NCBI GenBank assembly: GCA_042216015.1
Contig: JBDGUI010000016.1
Span: 1 to 38,428, forward strand
DNA length: 38,428 nucleotides
Source of the DNA: Halodesulfurarchaeum sp.
Lineage (GTDB): Archaea > Halobacteriota > Halobacteria > Halobacteriales > Halobacteriaceae
Direction of reading: 5' to 3'
Shown here: one piece after another, positions 18,448-29,273 of the stretch
Layout: the number at the start of each line of letters is the position of its first letter
Numbering within the stretch: the stretch's first letter is position 1
Made by a program: the position numbers and the translations under genes
The notes under the pieces: model-generated
What the model was told of the DNA's origin: nothing
The model's database searches: none
Seen by the model: the letters and a program-made list of their open reading frames with translations, nothing else

Positions 18448-19238
18448 GCGTGGAAACCGCCGTCTTCACGGACGACGTCTCGACGCTTGCGGCCCTCGAG
18501 GAGGACTACGATCGGGTCTATTTCGGCAACGAGTTTTGCGACAAGCGCCTCCCGGACCCAGAGGCGGTGACCGACGCCTACGACTACTGCACGGAGCAGG
18601 GCCTCGACATGACGCTGGTCTCCCCGATCATGACGCCGATGAAGACGTCGGCGGTCGAGTCGATCCTCGAAGCCGTCGAACCCTTCACGTCGGATCTAGA
18701 GCTCGTGTTCAACGACTGGGGGGTGTACCAGCTGGCCACCGAATTCGGCGACTTCGAGGACCTCGTCGCCGGCCGAACCATGAGCGGCCAGAAACGCGCG
18801 CCCGAGGTGTCCCACCTGACTGGGGACACGGACATCACGCTGGAGGACGGTGGCGCGGTCGTGACCGACGGTGTGAGAGAGCACTTCAAGAAGTCGATCG
18901 TCAACGTCCCGTATGCGAGGGATCACCTCGAGGACCTGGGCGTCGGCCGGATCGAACTCGACGTCCTGAGCCACGACATGTACGACGAGGACGTCCAGTT
19001 CAGCACGTCCATTTACTACCCGTGGAACTTCGTGACCGTGAAGCGCTGGTGTCAGGAGTCGACGTCTGCGCCACTCTGTGACGAAAACTGCGCCGACGTC
19101 GTCTTTTCCCTCGACAACCAACCCGTGACGCCCGAACGGCTGTACAGGATGAACAACGCGATCTTCACCTACAACGAGGACGTCCCCGACCTGTCCTACG
19201 TCGACAGGGAAGTGTTCATCCCCGATCCCGTGAACTGA
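18444..19238 (+). CDS. U32-family Fe-S partner protein, UbiV-like
   Basis: RVYFGNEFCDKR (cf. UbiV VYLGE.VCSKR), VFNDWG, RIELD, C-x8-C-x3-C; ATGA overlap with the upstream gene. Confidence 0.78.
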   Translation: MSVETAVFTDDVSTLAALEEDYDRVYFGNEFCDKRLPDPEAVTDAYDYCTEQGLDMTLVSPIMTPMKTSAVESILEAVEPFTSDLELVFNDWGVYQLATEFGDFEDLVAGRTMSGQKRAPEVSHLTGDTDITLEDGGAVVTDGVREHFKKSIVNVPYARDHLEDLGVGRIELDVLSHDMYDEDVQFSTSIYYPWNFVTVKRWCQESTSAPLCDENCADVVFSLDNQPVTPERLYRMNNAIFTYNEDVPDLSYVDREVFIPDPVN

Positions 19239-19411
19239 CGGCGGTCGACGGGAGCAAATCGGCGCCGTTCGGTTCGGGCTTCGCGGTCGAGTCTCTCAGT
19301 GTGAGCAACGTCGACGAGTTCACCGGGAGAACCCAGGTCGGTGGTGCTCACGCAGCACCACCCCGGATTGCACCGCTCCTGATGCTATGGGATCTGAACC
19401 GAAGGAATCTA

Positions 19412-19562
19412 CGCCCGGCGCGGGATTTGAACCCGACGCAAACGCTCGCACAGCTCGCGTTTGCTTGTTTCAAATCCCGCTGGTTGTTCACGACCGCGTT
19501 CACGCGTTTCGCGACACAGACGAGCTGGTCGCTCAACGGCGTGAGAAAGCGAGAAGCGCCCG
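19412..19562. repeat. tRNA-Asp-derived repeat: 3'-end copy, nested palindrome and copy of the tRNA downstream flank
   Basis: 19412-19435 matches 21313-21336 at 23/24 nt; inverted arms 19420-31/19469-80 and 19438-45/19457-64; 19489-19562 resembles 21246-21318. Confidence 0.85.
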
Positions 19563-19920
19563 TGGACCCGATGGTCACGGTGACCACGACCGGATCATAC
19601 ACCGGGGCGTCCTGAATGAGATAGTAGAGCATTGCCCCGGCAGCGACTCAGGCGAAGACCAGAAACCCCATCCCGACCCAGGAGCCCAGCCTGAGCATCT
19701 CCTCGGCGTCAAATTCCCGATAATGGAACCACATCCCCTCACCCAGCAGGAGGAGGGCAATGACTGCCGGGAAGAGGACCCCGAGGAGAATCTGGCTGAT
19801 GGACATGCTCTTTTCTCCGAGGACGTGCCAGGCCTGTACCAGGAGGGAAACGAGGGCCACACCGAACACCAGCCCGAGCCCGGCGGCGTATCGTCGTCCG
19901 GGCGATGACCACCTTCGCAT
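19556..19920 (-). pseudogene. Truncated membrane sensor region of a histidine-kinase-like gene
   Basis: TM helices similar to the N-terminus of 20095..21159; in-frame TGA at 19648-50 with hydrophobic coding continuing (VAAGAMLYYL...) until the repeat. Confidence 0.6.
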
Positions 19921-20094
19921 CGATTCGTTGTGATGTGCTAACTGAGACCGTATAAAGATCGACGTTTTTTTCGCTCTTTTTCGCTCGATTGGCACCTCGA
20001 TGGACCCCTTCGAGTGGCAGAAACCGGTCTCACCGTCCTCCAAGAACCATTCAGGGGAGAAAAACTAACACATGATCGGCCGTCTGCCCCGACG

Positions 20095-21159
20095 ATGACG
20101 GATCACTCGGGAGGCAAACGGTGGGCCCTCGCCTACGGGATACTCGGGATCGTCGTTTTCTTACTCGGCCTGTTCCATCTGGGTGTCGAACTGGGATCCT
20201 CGCCCCTCGTTCACCAGCTGGTTTCCGGTGCCCTCACGATCCTCATCTCGGGAGGCATCCTCACCGGAGCCCTTTGGCACTACCGCAATCCACTTCCCCG
20301 GGAACGCAACCGTCGCATCACCGCCTGGATTGCCGGGGGTGTCGTGGTGGTGGCTGGAATCGGTGTCGCCAGTCTCTTCGTGGGATCCGAAGCCCTGAAA
20401 CAGAGCGAACTCCGTGAATCGCTCCACCTGATGGGGAGTCTCGGTCTCGCGCTGGGATTTGCCTTCGGGTCCCTGGAGGCCCGGGTGATCGAGGCGACCG
20501 AACTGGCAGCCCGCGCGGAGATCCTCGAGGCCGAACGCGAGCGCCTCGCGATCCTGAATGACCTCCTTCGTCACTACGTCCTCAATGCCATCTCGGTCAT
20601 CGATGGTCACGCCGCCATCCTCGAGCGACAAACCGCCGGTGAAAAACGCGATTCCGCCCGGACGATCGCCCAGGAATCGGATCGGATCACGGCAGTGGTC
20701 GAACGCATCAGTCTCCTCACGAAGACCCGCTGGACACGGGAGGAGGAAACCTCGGCCGACGTTGCAGGCGTGTTGGCCGAGGCGGTTCAATCGCGCTGTC
20801 CGGAGTCGACGTCAGTGGATCTGGTCGACACCGGCCAGGAACTCGTCGGCAACGTGGGGTTCGAAGACGGACTCGTCCTGCTCGCGGAGGGGATTCGGGC
20901 GGCCACCGAGCGGGAGGGGAGCGTCTCCATCGAGGGGGCGGACGGGAAGATACGGGTCACCGCCGCCCCGGTGACCGTCCCGGGGAGTCTCCGGGAGGAA
21001 CTCATGCAACCGGTCGCGACGAGCGTCGGGCTCGAGATCTATCTGGCGAAGAAGGTGCTCGAACCGGCGATTGGCGTTGACGTACTCGAATCCGATGACC
21101 GCGAGTTGATCGTCACGTTGACAGGCCGACCCGTTCGATCGGATGGGACCGGATCTTGA
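20095..21159 (+). CDS. Membrane sensor histidine-kinase-like protein with degenerate ATPase domain
   Basis: 4 TM helices, coiled coil ERERLAILNDLLRHYVLNAISVIDG (H-box); no recognisable N or G1 boxes. Confidence 0.7.
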   Translation: MTDHSGGKRWALAYGILGIVVFLLGLFHLGVELGSSPLVHQLVSGALTILISGGILTGALWHYRNPLPRERNRRITAWIAGGVVVVAGIGVASLFVGSEALKQSELRESLHLMGSLGLALGFAFGSLEARVIEATELAARAEILEAERERLAILNDLLRHYVLNAISVIDGHAAILERQTAGEKRDSARTIAQESDRITAVVERISLLTKTRWTREEETSADVAGVLAEAVQSRCPESTSVDLVDTGQELVGNVGFEDGLVLLAEGIRAATEREGSVSIEGADGKIRVTAAPVTVPGSLREELMQPVATSVGLEIYLAKKVLEPAIGVDVLESDDRELIVTLTGRPVRSDGTGS

Positions 21160-21312
21160 GCCGGGACCGAATTCTTTGAGAGGTCAATTTTTGTGGATCA
21201 GGGACCTTGTGCTTCGTTTCGCGAGACGATTTCCGGGCAAAAATCCACGACCGAATGAGCCGTTTCGGGACACAATGGAGCTGGTCGCTCGCTGTGAGAG
21301 TTTCACAGAAAG

Positions 21313-21385
21313 CGCCCGGAGCGGGATTTGAACCCGCGTCACGACCGTGACAGGGTCGTATGATGGGCCACTACACCATCCGGGC
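21313..21385 (-). tRNA. tRNA-Asp (GTC)
   Basis: Reverse complement GCCCGGATGGTGTAGTGGCCCATCATACGACCCTGTCACGGTCGTGACGCGGGTTCAAATCCCGCTCCGGGCG folds as a cloverleaf; anticodon at 21349-21351; no intron, CCA not encoded. Confidence 0.97.
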
Positions 21386-21412
21386 TGCATCCCTCGGTAA
21401 CTGGGTGATGAG

Positions 21413-21424
21413 TATAAGGCTTTC
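21413..21424 (-). promoter_or_regulatory. BRE/TATA promoter of tRNA-Asp
   Basis: GAAAGCCTTATA on the minus strand ~28-39 nt upstream of the tRNA 5' end. Confidence 0.6.
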
Positions 21425-21560
21425 CAAACGCAACCCCCGTGAGTCGGCCTGCCATCCGGGGGTCTGGCACACCCGACGCGGTTGACAAGACTTATCCGTT
21501 CGCTACCTGTAACAATCTGTAGTATCTCGTGAGCAGTTCTCCCCCCAGCCAGGTGCATCC

Positions 21561-21788
21561 ATGGTCGATGTAAGCAAACACGAACTCGTCCCGGAGCATA
21601 GGGTCCTCGAGGAGACAGACCTCGAGGGCGTTCTCGAAGAGTACGGGATCAAGCGGACCGATCTCCCCAAGATCAAGGCCTCGGATCCGGCACTGCCGGA
21701 GGCCGCGACCGTCGGGGACGTCGTACAGATCACCCGCGACTCCCGAACTACCGATACGGCAACCGTCTACCGACTGGTCATCGAATAA
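21561..21788 (+). CDS. rpoH: RNA polymerase subunit H (Rpo5)
   Basis: [30 protein letters not shown]. Confidence 0.97.
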   Translation: MVDVSKHELVPEHRVLEETDLEGVLEEYGIKRTDLPKIKASDPALPEAATVGDVVQITRDSRTTDTATVYRLVIE

Positions 21789-23350
21789 TGCAAGAGGCAA
21801 AACGGCGCAAACTCTCCCGATCGTACTTCTCGAAGGAACGACTCGCCGATCATCACTTCCGCTCCTTTAACGCGTTCCTCGAACGCGGCATGCAGGAGGT
21901 CGTCACCGAGAAAGGTCGCATCGAGACCGAAATCGGCGACAAGGAGGACGAGGAACCCGTCTGGGTCGAACTCGGCGACGTGAGGGTCGTCACGCCCCGC
22001 GTGCGCGAGGCCGACGGTTCCGAGGAACTCCTCTACCCCCAGGAGGCCCGCCTCCGCAACATCACCTACGCCGCCCCGGTCTTCATGGAGATGACGATCA
22101 AGCGCGGCGGCGAGGAGGAGCCCATCGAGGTGCTCGATACGACCGAAACCAAGGTCGGCCGGATGCCGATCATGGTGGGCTCACAGAAGTGCAACATCCA
22201 CGGCTTTTCCGATGAGGAACTCATCGAGATCGGCGAGGATCCCGCCGATCCCGGTGGCTACTTCATTATCAACGGCTCCGAGCGTGTCCTGATGACCAGC
22301 GAGGACCTCGCGCCGAACAAGATTCTCGCGGAGTACGACGAGAAGTACGGCGACGAGATTCAGGTCGCAAAGACGTTCTCCCAGCGCCGGGGGTACCGCG
22401 CCCTCGTGCTGGTCGAGCGGAATCGCGAGGGCCTGCTCGAGGTGTCCTTTCCCAGCATCTCCGGTTCGATCGACTTCGTCACGCTCGTGCGGGCGCTCGG
22501 CCTCGAATCCGACGAGGAGATCGTCCACCGCGTGAGCGACGACCCCGAGATCGTGAAGTTCATGCTCGAAAACCTCGAGGAGGCCGAGGTCCAGACCCAG
22601 GAGGCCGCGATCGAGGAACTCGGCAAGCGAGTCGCCTCCGGCCAGGGCAAGAACTACCAGCTCAAACGGGCGAACTACGTCATCGACCGCTACCTCCTCC
22701 CACACCTCCACGAGGAGGACGTCGAGGAGGAGGACGTGCGGATCAACAAGGCCTACTACCTCTGTCGGATGGCCGAGGCAGCCTTCGAACTCGCCCTCCA
22801 CCGCCGGCAGTCCGACGACAAGGACCACTACGCCAACAAGCGCCTGAAGGTCTCGGGCGACCTCATGACTGACTTGTTCCGGACGGCGCTCAACAAGCTC
22901 GCTCGCGACGTGAAATACCAGCTCGAGCGGGCGAACATGCGAAACCGACAGCTCACCGTCACGACCGTGGTCCGCTCTGACGTGCTCACCGAGCGCCTCG
23001 AGCACCCGATCGCGACGGGGAACTGGGTCGGGGGCCGATCCGGCGTGTCCCAGCTCGTCGATCGCACGGACTACATGGGCGTCCTCAGCCACCTCCGCCG
23101 GCTCAGGAGCCCGCTCTCCCGCAGTCAGCCCCACTTCGAGGCCCGGGACCTTCACGCCACCCAGTGGGGACGCATCTGTCCCTCCGAAACCCCGGAGGGG
23201 CCGAACTGTGGGCTCGTGAAGAACTTTGCGCAGGCGATGGAACTCTCCCAGCACGTCGAGGACGAGCGCGACCTCAAGGCCGAGCTCGCCTCGATGGGCG
23301 TCGAGGGAATTCCGGAGATCACCACCGACCACACACCGGCGGACGATTAA
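21788..23350 (+). CDS. rpoB2: RNA polymerase subunit B'' (Rpo2N)
   Basis: [46 protein letters not shown]. Confidence 0.97.
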   Translation: MQEAKRRKLSRSYFSKERLADHHFRSFNAFLERGMQEVVTEKGRIETEIGDKEDEEPVWVELGDVRVVTPRVREADGSEELLYPQEARLRNITYAAPVFMEMTIKRGGEEEPIEVLDTTETKVGRMPIMVGSQKCNIHGFSDEELIEIGEDPADPGGYFIINGSERVLMTSEDLAPNKILAEYDEKYGDEIQVAKTFSQRRGYRALVLVERNREGLLEVSFPSISGSIDFVTLVRALGLESDEEIVHRVSDDPEIVKFMLENLEEAEVQTQEAAIEELGKRVASGQGKNYQLKRANYVIDRYLLPHLHEEDVEEEDVRINKAYYLCRMAEAAFELALHRRQSDDKDHYANKRLKVSGDLMTDLFRTALNKLARDVKYQLERANMRNRQLTVTTVVRSDVLTERLEHPIATGNWVGGRSGVSQLVDRTDYMGVLSHLRRLRSPLSRSQPHFEARDLHATQWGRICPSETPEGPNCGLVKNFAQAMELSQHVEDERDLKAELASMGVEGIPEITTDHTPADD

Positions 23351-23351
23351 C

Positions 23352-25178
23352 ATGAGTCAGGGACGAGACGCGAAAGTCTACGTGAACGGGAGCCTCGTGG
23401 GGACCCATCCGGACCCCGAGGGGCTCGCAGCACAGATTCGAGAGGCACGACGCCGCGGGGACGTCAGTGAGATGGTCAACGTCTCCGTCAGCGACCGCAC
23501 CGACGAAGTGATCGTCAACGCCGACGCCGGCCGGGCCCGGCGCCCGCTCCTGGTCGTCGAGGACGGCGAGTCTCTCGTCACCGAGGAGGACGTCGAGGCC
23601 GTCGAGAACGGCGACCTCGAGTTCGAGGATCTGGTCCGGGCGGGCAAGGTCGAGTACATCGACGCCGAGGAGGAGGAGGACATCCTCGTCGCCGTCTCGG
23701 AGGACGAACTCACCGAGGACCACACCCACCTGGAACTCGATCCACAGCTCATCTTCGGGATCGGGGCCGGGATGATCCCATACCCCGAGCACAACGCGTC
23801 GCCGCGGATCACGATGGGCGCGGGGATGATGAAACAGTCCCTCGGGCTACCGGCGGCGAACTATCGCATTCGCCCCGACACCCGGGCCCACCTTTTGCAC
23901 TATCCCCAGAAGGGAATGGTCAAGACCCAGACGACCGAGCAGATCGGCTACGACGACAGGCCGGCCGGCCAGAACTTCGTCGTTGCGGTCATGTCCTATG
24001 AGGGATTCAACATCGAGGACGCCCTCGTCATGAACAAGGGCTCGGTCGAACGGGGCCTCGCCCGATCGCACTTCTTCCGCACCTACGAGGGCGAGGAACG
24101 CCGCTATCCGGGCGGCCAGGAGGACCGCTTCGAGATTCCAGACACCGACGTCCGGGGTTCTCGCGGCGAGGACGCCTACACGCATCTCGACGAGGACGGC
24201 CTCGTCAACCCCGAGACGGTCGTCGATGAGAACAGCGTCCTTCTCGGCAAGACCTCTCCGCCACGGTTCCTCGAGGAGCCTGACGACATGGGGGGGCTCT
24301 CCCCGCAGAAGCGGCGTGAGACCTCCGTTACCATGCGATCCGGCGAGGACGGCGTGGTGGACACGGTCACGCTCATGGAGGGCGAGGACGGCTCGAAACT
24401 CGCGAAGGTCTCGGTCCGGGACGAGCGGATTCCCGAGCTCGGGGACAAGTTCGCGTCTCGCCACGGGCAGAAGGGGGTCGTCGGTCACCTCGCTCCCCAG
24501 GAGGACATGCCCTTCACCGAACAGGGCGTCGTCCCCGACCTGGTTTTGAATCCACACGCACTGCCGTCGCGGATGACGGTCGGTCACGTCCTCGAGATGC
24601 TCGGCGGCAAGGCCGGATCACTCGAGGGCCGACGCGTCGACGGCACGCCGTTCACGGGAGAGGACGAATCGGAACTCCGGGAGTCACTCGAGGAACACGG
24701 CTTCAAGTCCTCGGGCAAGGAGGTCATGTACTCGGGCATCACCGGCGAGAAGATCGAGGCCGAGATCTTCGTGGGCACCATCTACTATCACAAACTCTAC
24801 CACATGGTGTCGAACAAGATCCACGCCCGCTCGAAGGGCCCGGTGCAGGTGCTCACCCGTCAGCCGACGGAGGGGCGGGCACGTGAAGGGGGCCTCCGAC
24901 TCGGGGAGATGGAGCGGGACACCGTCATCGGCCACGGCGCGGCGATGGTGCTCAAGGAACGGCTGGTCGACTCCTCCGATAAGGAGTACATCCACGTCTG
25001 TGGGAACTGTGGCATGTCAGCCGTGGAGAACGTCAATGAACGACGGGTCTACTGCCCGAACTGCGGGGAGGAGACCGACGTGCACGAAATCGAGATGAGT
25101 TACGCCTTCAAGCTGCTCCTCGACGAGATGAAGGCACTTGGAATCGCCCCCCGCCTCGAACTGGAGGACGCCGTATAA
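23352..25178 (+). CDS. rpoB1: RNA polymerase subunit B' (Rpo2C)
   Basis: [34 protein letters not shown]-terminal Zn ribbon CGNC/CPNC. Confidence 0.97.
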   Translation: MSQGRDAKVYVNGSLVGTHPDPEGLAAQIREARRRGDVSEMVNVSVSDRTDEVIVNADAGRARRPLLVVEDGESLVTEEDVEAVENGDLEFEDLVRAGKVEYIDAEEEEDILVAVSEDELTEDHTHLELDPQLIFGIGAGMIPYPEHNASPRITMGAGMMKQSLGLPAANYRIRPDTRAHLLHYPQKGMVKTQTTEQIGYDDRPAGQNFVVAVMSYEGFNIEDALVMNKGSVERGLARSHFFRTYEGEERRYPGGQEDRFEIPDTDVRGSRGEDAYTHLDEDGLVNPETVVDENSVLLGKTSPPRFLEEPDDMGGLSPQKRRETSVTMRSGEDGVVDTVTLMEGEDGSKLAKVSVRDERIPELGDKFASRHGQKGVVGHLAPQEDMPFTEQGVVPDLVLNPHALPSRMTVGHVLEMLGGKAGSLEGRRVDGTPFTGEDESELRESLEEHGFKSSGKEVMYSGITGEKIEAEIFVGTIYYHKLYHMVSNKIHARSKGPVQVLTRQPTEGRAREGGLRLGEMERDTVIGHGAAMVLKERLVDSSDKEYIHVCGNCGMSAVENVNERRVYCPNCGEETDVHEIEMSYAFKLLLDEMKALGIAPRLELEDAV

Positions 25179-28091
25179 ATGTCAACAGGACAGAGCCCCA
25201 AGTCGATCGGCACGATCAGCTTCGGGCTGATGGACCCCGAGGAGTACCGCGACATGAGCGCCACGAAGGTCATCACGGCCGACACCTACGACGACGACGG
25301 GTTCCCCATCGACATGGGTCTGATGGACCCGCGACTGGGCGTGATCGATCCCGGACTGGAGTGTAAGACCTGCGGACAGCGCTCGGGCTCCTGCAACGGT
25401 CACTTCGGGCACATCGAACTTGCGGCCCCGGTGATCCACGTCGGCTTCTCGAAGCTCATCCGACGATTGCTGCGGGGCACCTGCCGGGAGTGTTCCCGGT
25501 TGCTGCTCGATGATGAGTCAAAACAGAAGTACGAGGACGAACTCGAGCGCACCCGAAGCCTCGATCAGGACGTCTCGGACGTGACCAAGTCGGCGATCCG
25601 GGAGGCCCGGAAGACCGACGTTTGCCCCCACTGCGGGGAAAAGCAGTACGACATCAAACATGAGAAGCCGACGACCTATTACGAGGTCCAGCAGGTCCTG
25701 GCCGAGGACTACTCCGAGCGGATGGCGATGGCCATGCAGCCGGATCCGGAGGACGAGGAGAGCGAACCCGTCTCACCCAATGAACTGGCCGACGAGACGG
25801 GCATCGCCCTCGACCGGATCAACGAGATCATGTCCGGCGAGTTCCGGCCCCGGAAGGAAGACCGGGAGGCCATCGAACGGGCGCTCTCGACGGACCTCAC
25901 GACCGAGGACATGAACAAGTTGATGCCCTCGGACATCCGGGACTGGTTCGAGGACATCCCCGACGATGACCTCGATGTCCTCGGCATCGACGCCGAGCAC
26001 TCCCGGCCGGAATGGATGATCCTCACGGTCCTGCCGGTGCCGCCGGTGACGGCCAGACCTTCGATCACCCTGGACAACGGGCAGCGCTCCGAGGACGACC
26101 TGACCCACAAGCTCGTGGACATCATCCGGATCAATCAGCGATTCATGGAGAACCGCGAGGCTGGCGCACCACAGCTGATCATCGAGGACCTCTGGGAACT
26201 CCTGCAGTACCACGTCACGACGTTCATGGACAACGAGATTAGCGGCACGCCGCCGGCCCGTCACCGCTCGGGGCGGCCGCTCAAGACCCTCTCACAGCGC
26301 CTCAAGGGCAAGGAGGGCCGATTCCGCGGCTCGCTCTCCGGGAAACGGGTGAACTTCTCCTCTCGCACGGTCATCAGTCCCGATCCCACCCTCTCGCTCA
26401 ACGAGGTCGGGGTTCCCGACCGGGTCGCCACCGAAATGACCCAGACGATGGTCGTCAACGAGAACAACCTCGAGCGGGCCCGCCGGTACGTCTCGAACGG
26501 TCCGGAAAGCCACCCGGGGGCAAATTACGTCAAACGACCGGACGGACGCCGGGTCAGGGTCACCGAGAAGGTCTCTGAGGAACTCGCCGAGCGCGTCGAA
26601 CCGGGCTGGGAGGTCCAGCGTCACCTCGTCGACGGCGACATCGTGATTTTCAATCGGCAGCCATCCCTCCACCGGATGTCGATCATGGCCCACGAGGTCG
26701 TGGTGATGCCATACAAGACCTTCCGATTGAACACCACGGTCTGTCCGCCCTACAACGCCGACTTCGACGGCGACGAGATGAACATGCACGCCCTCCAGAA
26801 CGAGGAGGCGAGGGCGGAGGCTCGTGTCCTCATGCGCGTGCAGGAGCAGATGTTGAGTCCGCGATTTGGGGAGAATATCGTCGGCTCAATCCAGGACCAC
26901 ATCACCGGGACCTACCTGCTCACCAACACGAATCCGACGTTCAACGAGACCCAGGCCCTCGACCTCCTCCGCCAGACCAGCATCGACCAGTTGCCGGCGC
27001 CCGAAACCGAGGACGAAGAGGGGCGACCGGCCTGGACGGGACGGCAGCTCTTCAGCGAACTGCTCCCCGCCGGTCTCGACCTCGAGTTCACGAGTTCGGC
27101 CGGCGACACGGTCGTGATCGAGGACGGCCAACTCCTCGACGGCACGATCGACGAGGACGCCATCGGCGCCTTCGGTGGAGAGGTCGTCGACACGGTCGCC
27201 AAGGAGTTCGGCAAGACGCGAGCGAGAAAACTCATCAACGAGATCTCCGCGCTCGCAGTTCGATCGATCATGCACTTCGGGTTCTCGATCGGGATCGATG
27301 ACGAAACGATTCCCGGGGCCGCCCAGGAGCAGATCGACGAGGCCGTCGAGAACGCCGAGGCGCGGGTTCAGGAACTCATCGAAACCTACGAGCGGGGCGA
27401 ACTCGAGACCCTTCCCGGACGGACGATCGACGAGACCCTCGAGATGAAGATCATGCAGACCCTGGGCAAGGCGCGTGACTCCGCCGGCGACATCGCCGAG
27501 GAACACTTCGACGATGAGAACCCGGCGGTCATCATGGCCCGCTCGGGGGCGCGTGGCTCGATGCTGAACCTCACCCAGATGGCCGGCGCGGTCGGCCAGC
27601 AGGCGGTCCGGGGCGAGCGCATCAACCGGGGCTACGAGGATCGCACGCTCTCACACTTCAAACCGAACGACCTCTCCGCGGAGGCCCACGGCTTCGTCGA
27701 GAACTCCTACACTGGCGGACTGACGCCCAAGGAGTTCTTCTTCCACGCGATGGGTGGCCGCGAGGGGCTGGTCGACACGGCGGTCCGGACCTCGAAGTCC
27801 GGGTATCTCCAGCGTCGGCTCATCAACGCGCTCTCGGAACTCGAATCCCAGTACGACGGCACCGTGCGGGACACGAGTGATACGATCGTGCAATTCGAGT
27901 TCGGTGAGGACGGCACCAGTCCGGTCGAGGTCTCCTCCTCGGTCGACCACGAGATCGACGTGGACGAGATCGCCGATCGGGTCATCGACGCCGAGTTCGA
28001 GGACGAAAGCGAGAAGGCCGCCTTCTTCGGCGAGCGCGATGAGGTGACGAACCTCTCCGAACACGGTGAGAGCTGGGAGGTGAGCCAATGA
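25179..28091 (+). CDS. rpoA1: RNA polymerase subunit A' (Rpo1N)
   Basis: NADFDGD active site, [18 protein letters not shown] bridge helix. Confidence 0.98.
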   Translation: MSTGQSPKSIGTISFGLMDPEEYRDMSATKVITADTYDDDGFPIDMGLMDPRLGVIDPGLECKTCGQRSGSCNGHFGHIELAAPVIHVGFSKLIRRLLRGTCRECSRLLLDDESKQKYEDELERTRSLDQDVSDVTKSAIREARKTDVCPHCGEKQYDIKHEKPTTYYEVQQVLAEDYSERMAMAMQPDPEDEESEPVSPNELADETGIALDRINEIMSGEFRPRKEDREAIERALSTDLTTEDMNKLMPSDIRDWFEDIPDDDLDVLGIDAEHSRPEWMILTVLPVPPVTARPSITLDNGQRSEDDLTHKLVDIIRINQRFMENREAGAPQLIIEDLWELLQYHVTTFMDNEISGTPPARHRSGRPLKTLSQRLKGKEGRFRGSLSGKRVNFSSRTVISPDPTLSLNEVGVPDRVATEMTQTMVVNENNLERARRYVSNGPESHPGANYVKRPDGRRVRVTEKVSEELAERVEPGWEVQRHLVDGDIVIFNRQPSLHRMSIMAHEVVVMPYKTFRLNTTVCPPYNADFDGDEMNMHALQNEEARAEARVLMRVQEQMLSPRFGENIVGSIQDHITGTYLLTNTNPTFNETQALDLLRQTSIDQLPAPETEDEEGRPAWTGRQLFSELLPAGLDLEFTSSAGDTVVIEDGQLLDGTIDEDAIGAFGGEVVDTVAKEFGKTRARKLINEISALAVRSIMHFGFSIGIDDETIPGAAQEQIDEAVENAEARVQELIETYERGELETLPGRTIDETLEMKIMQTLGKARDSAGDIAEEHFDDENPAVIMARSGARGSMLNLTQMAGAVGQQAVRGERINRGYEDRTLSHFKPNDLSAEAHGFVENSYTGGLTPKEFFFHAMGGREGLVDTAVRTSKSGYLQRRLINALSELESQYDGTVRDTSDTIVQFEFGEDGTSPVEVSSSVDHEIDVDEIADRVIDAEFEDESEKAAFFGERDEVTNLSEHGESWEVSQ

Positions 28092-29272
28092 CGGCCATCG
28101 ATAGCGACATCGAGGCCATCGTCGAGGACTCGGAACTCACCCGGCGTCTCAAGGACGATGTCTACGGGACGATCGAGGACCGCTCGGTCACGACCGAGGA
28201 GGTAACGGAGATCGTGGAGGCAGTCGAGGCGCGCTACCTCGACACCAGAGTCGATCCGCTCGATCCGGTCGGGACGGTCTCGGCCCAGTCCATCGGTGAA
28301 CCCGGCACACAGATGACGATGAACACCTTCCACTACGCCGGCGTCGCGGAGATCGACGTCACCCAGGGCCTGCCACGGCTCATCGAACTCGTTGACGCCC
28401 GGAAGGAACCGGACACCCCGATGATGACCGTCCATCTCGAAGAGGAGTTCGCCACGGACCGCGACCGGGCCCACGAGGTCGTCTGGCAGATCGAGGCGAC
28501 GAAGATCCTCGCGCTGGGGGACATCTCGACGAACGTCGCGGACATGATCGTCCGGATCGACCTCAACGAGGACACCCTCCGGGAGCGCTGGCCGACCGCG
28601 ACCAGCACCGAGGAGGTCGTGGGCGAGATCGCAGACACCATTCGCGAGTCACTCGGCGTGGAGGTCAGCCGGCAGGGCCTCGTCCTCGAGTTCGGTCCCG
28701 AGCGTCCGAGCTACCGGGAACTCCTGCAGCTCGTCGAACAGCTCCGGGACGTCGTCTTTAAGGGCATCGAGGAGATTTCCCGGGTCGTCATCCGGAAGGA
28801 GGACGGCGAGGACGGCGAGGAGTTCGTCCTCTACACCGAGGGATCGGCGTTCAAGGACGTCCTCGATATCGAGGGCGTCGACGCCTCCCAGACCACCTGC
28901 AACAACATCCACGAGATCTACGAGGTGCTCGGCGTCGAGGCCGCTCGCGAGGCCATCATCGAGGAGACCCGGGACACGCTCGAGGAGCAGGGGCTCGGCG
29001 ACGTGAACATCCGTCACCTCATGCTCGTCGCAGACATCATGACCAACGACGGCACGATCCAGTCGATCGGTCGCCACGGCATTTCGGGCAGCAAGAAGAG
29101 CGTGCTCGCCAGGGCGGCTTTCGAGGTGACGGTCAACCACCTCCTCGACGCGGCAGTCCACGGCGAGGTGGACGATCTCGACGGCGTCATCGAGAACGTC
29201 ATCGTCGGCAAGCCGGTCAAACTCGGCACCGGCGACGTGGACTTGCGGATGCAGGCCCACCGCTCGGACTGA
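28088..29272 (+). CDS. rpoA2: RNA polymerase subunit A'' (Rpo1C)
   Basis: [17 protein letters not shown] trigger loop, VTQGLPR, ARAAFE. Confidence 0.98.
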   Translation: MTAIDSDIEAIVEDSELTRRLKDDVYGTIEDRSVTTEEVTEIVEAVEARYLDTRVDPLDPVGTVSAQSIGEPGTQMTMNTFHYAGVAEIDVTQGLPRLIELVDARKEPDTPMMTVHLEEEFATDRDRAHEVVWQIEATKILALGDISTNVADMIVRIDLNEDTLRERWPTATSTEEVVGEIADTIRESLGVEVSRQGLVLEFGPERPSYRELLQLVEQLRDVVFKGIEEISRVVIRKEDGEDGEEFVLYTEGSAFKDVLDIEGVDASQTTCNNIHEIYEVLGVEAAREAIIEETRDTLEEQGLGDVNIRHLMLVADIMTNDGTIQSIGRHGISGSKKSVLARAAFEVTVNHLLDAAVHGEVDDLDGVIENVIVGKPVKLGTGDVDLRMQAHRSD

Positions 29273-29273
29273 G

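Noticed and set aside
9491..19238. Complete ubiquinone biosynthesis pathway
   Set aside because: No prenyltransferase, methyltransferases, UbiT or UbiB here, and ubiquinone is not the expected haloarchaeal quinone
19301..19908. Plus-strand ORFs over the repeat region as possible precursor peptides for the U32 pair
   Set aside because: They run through the non-coding repeat or antisense to the pseudogene; no leader/core pattern
19400..21320. CRISPR array or prophage at tRNA-Asp
   Set aside because: Only two or three diverged repeat copies with no regular spacers; no cas, integrase or viral genes
21788..29272. Inteins in RNA polymerase subunits
   Set aside because: Lengths are normal and no C...HN splice motifs or LAGLIDADG blocks were seen
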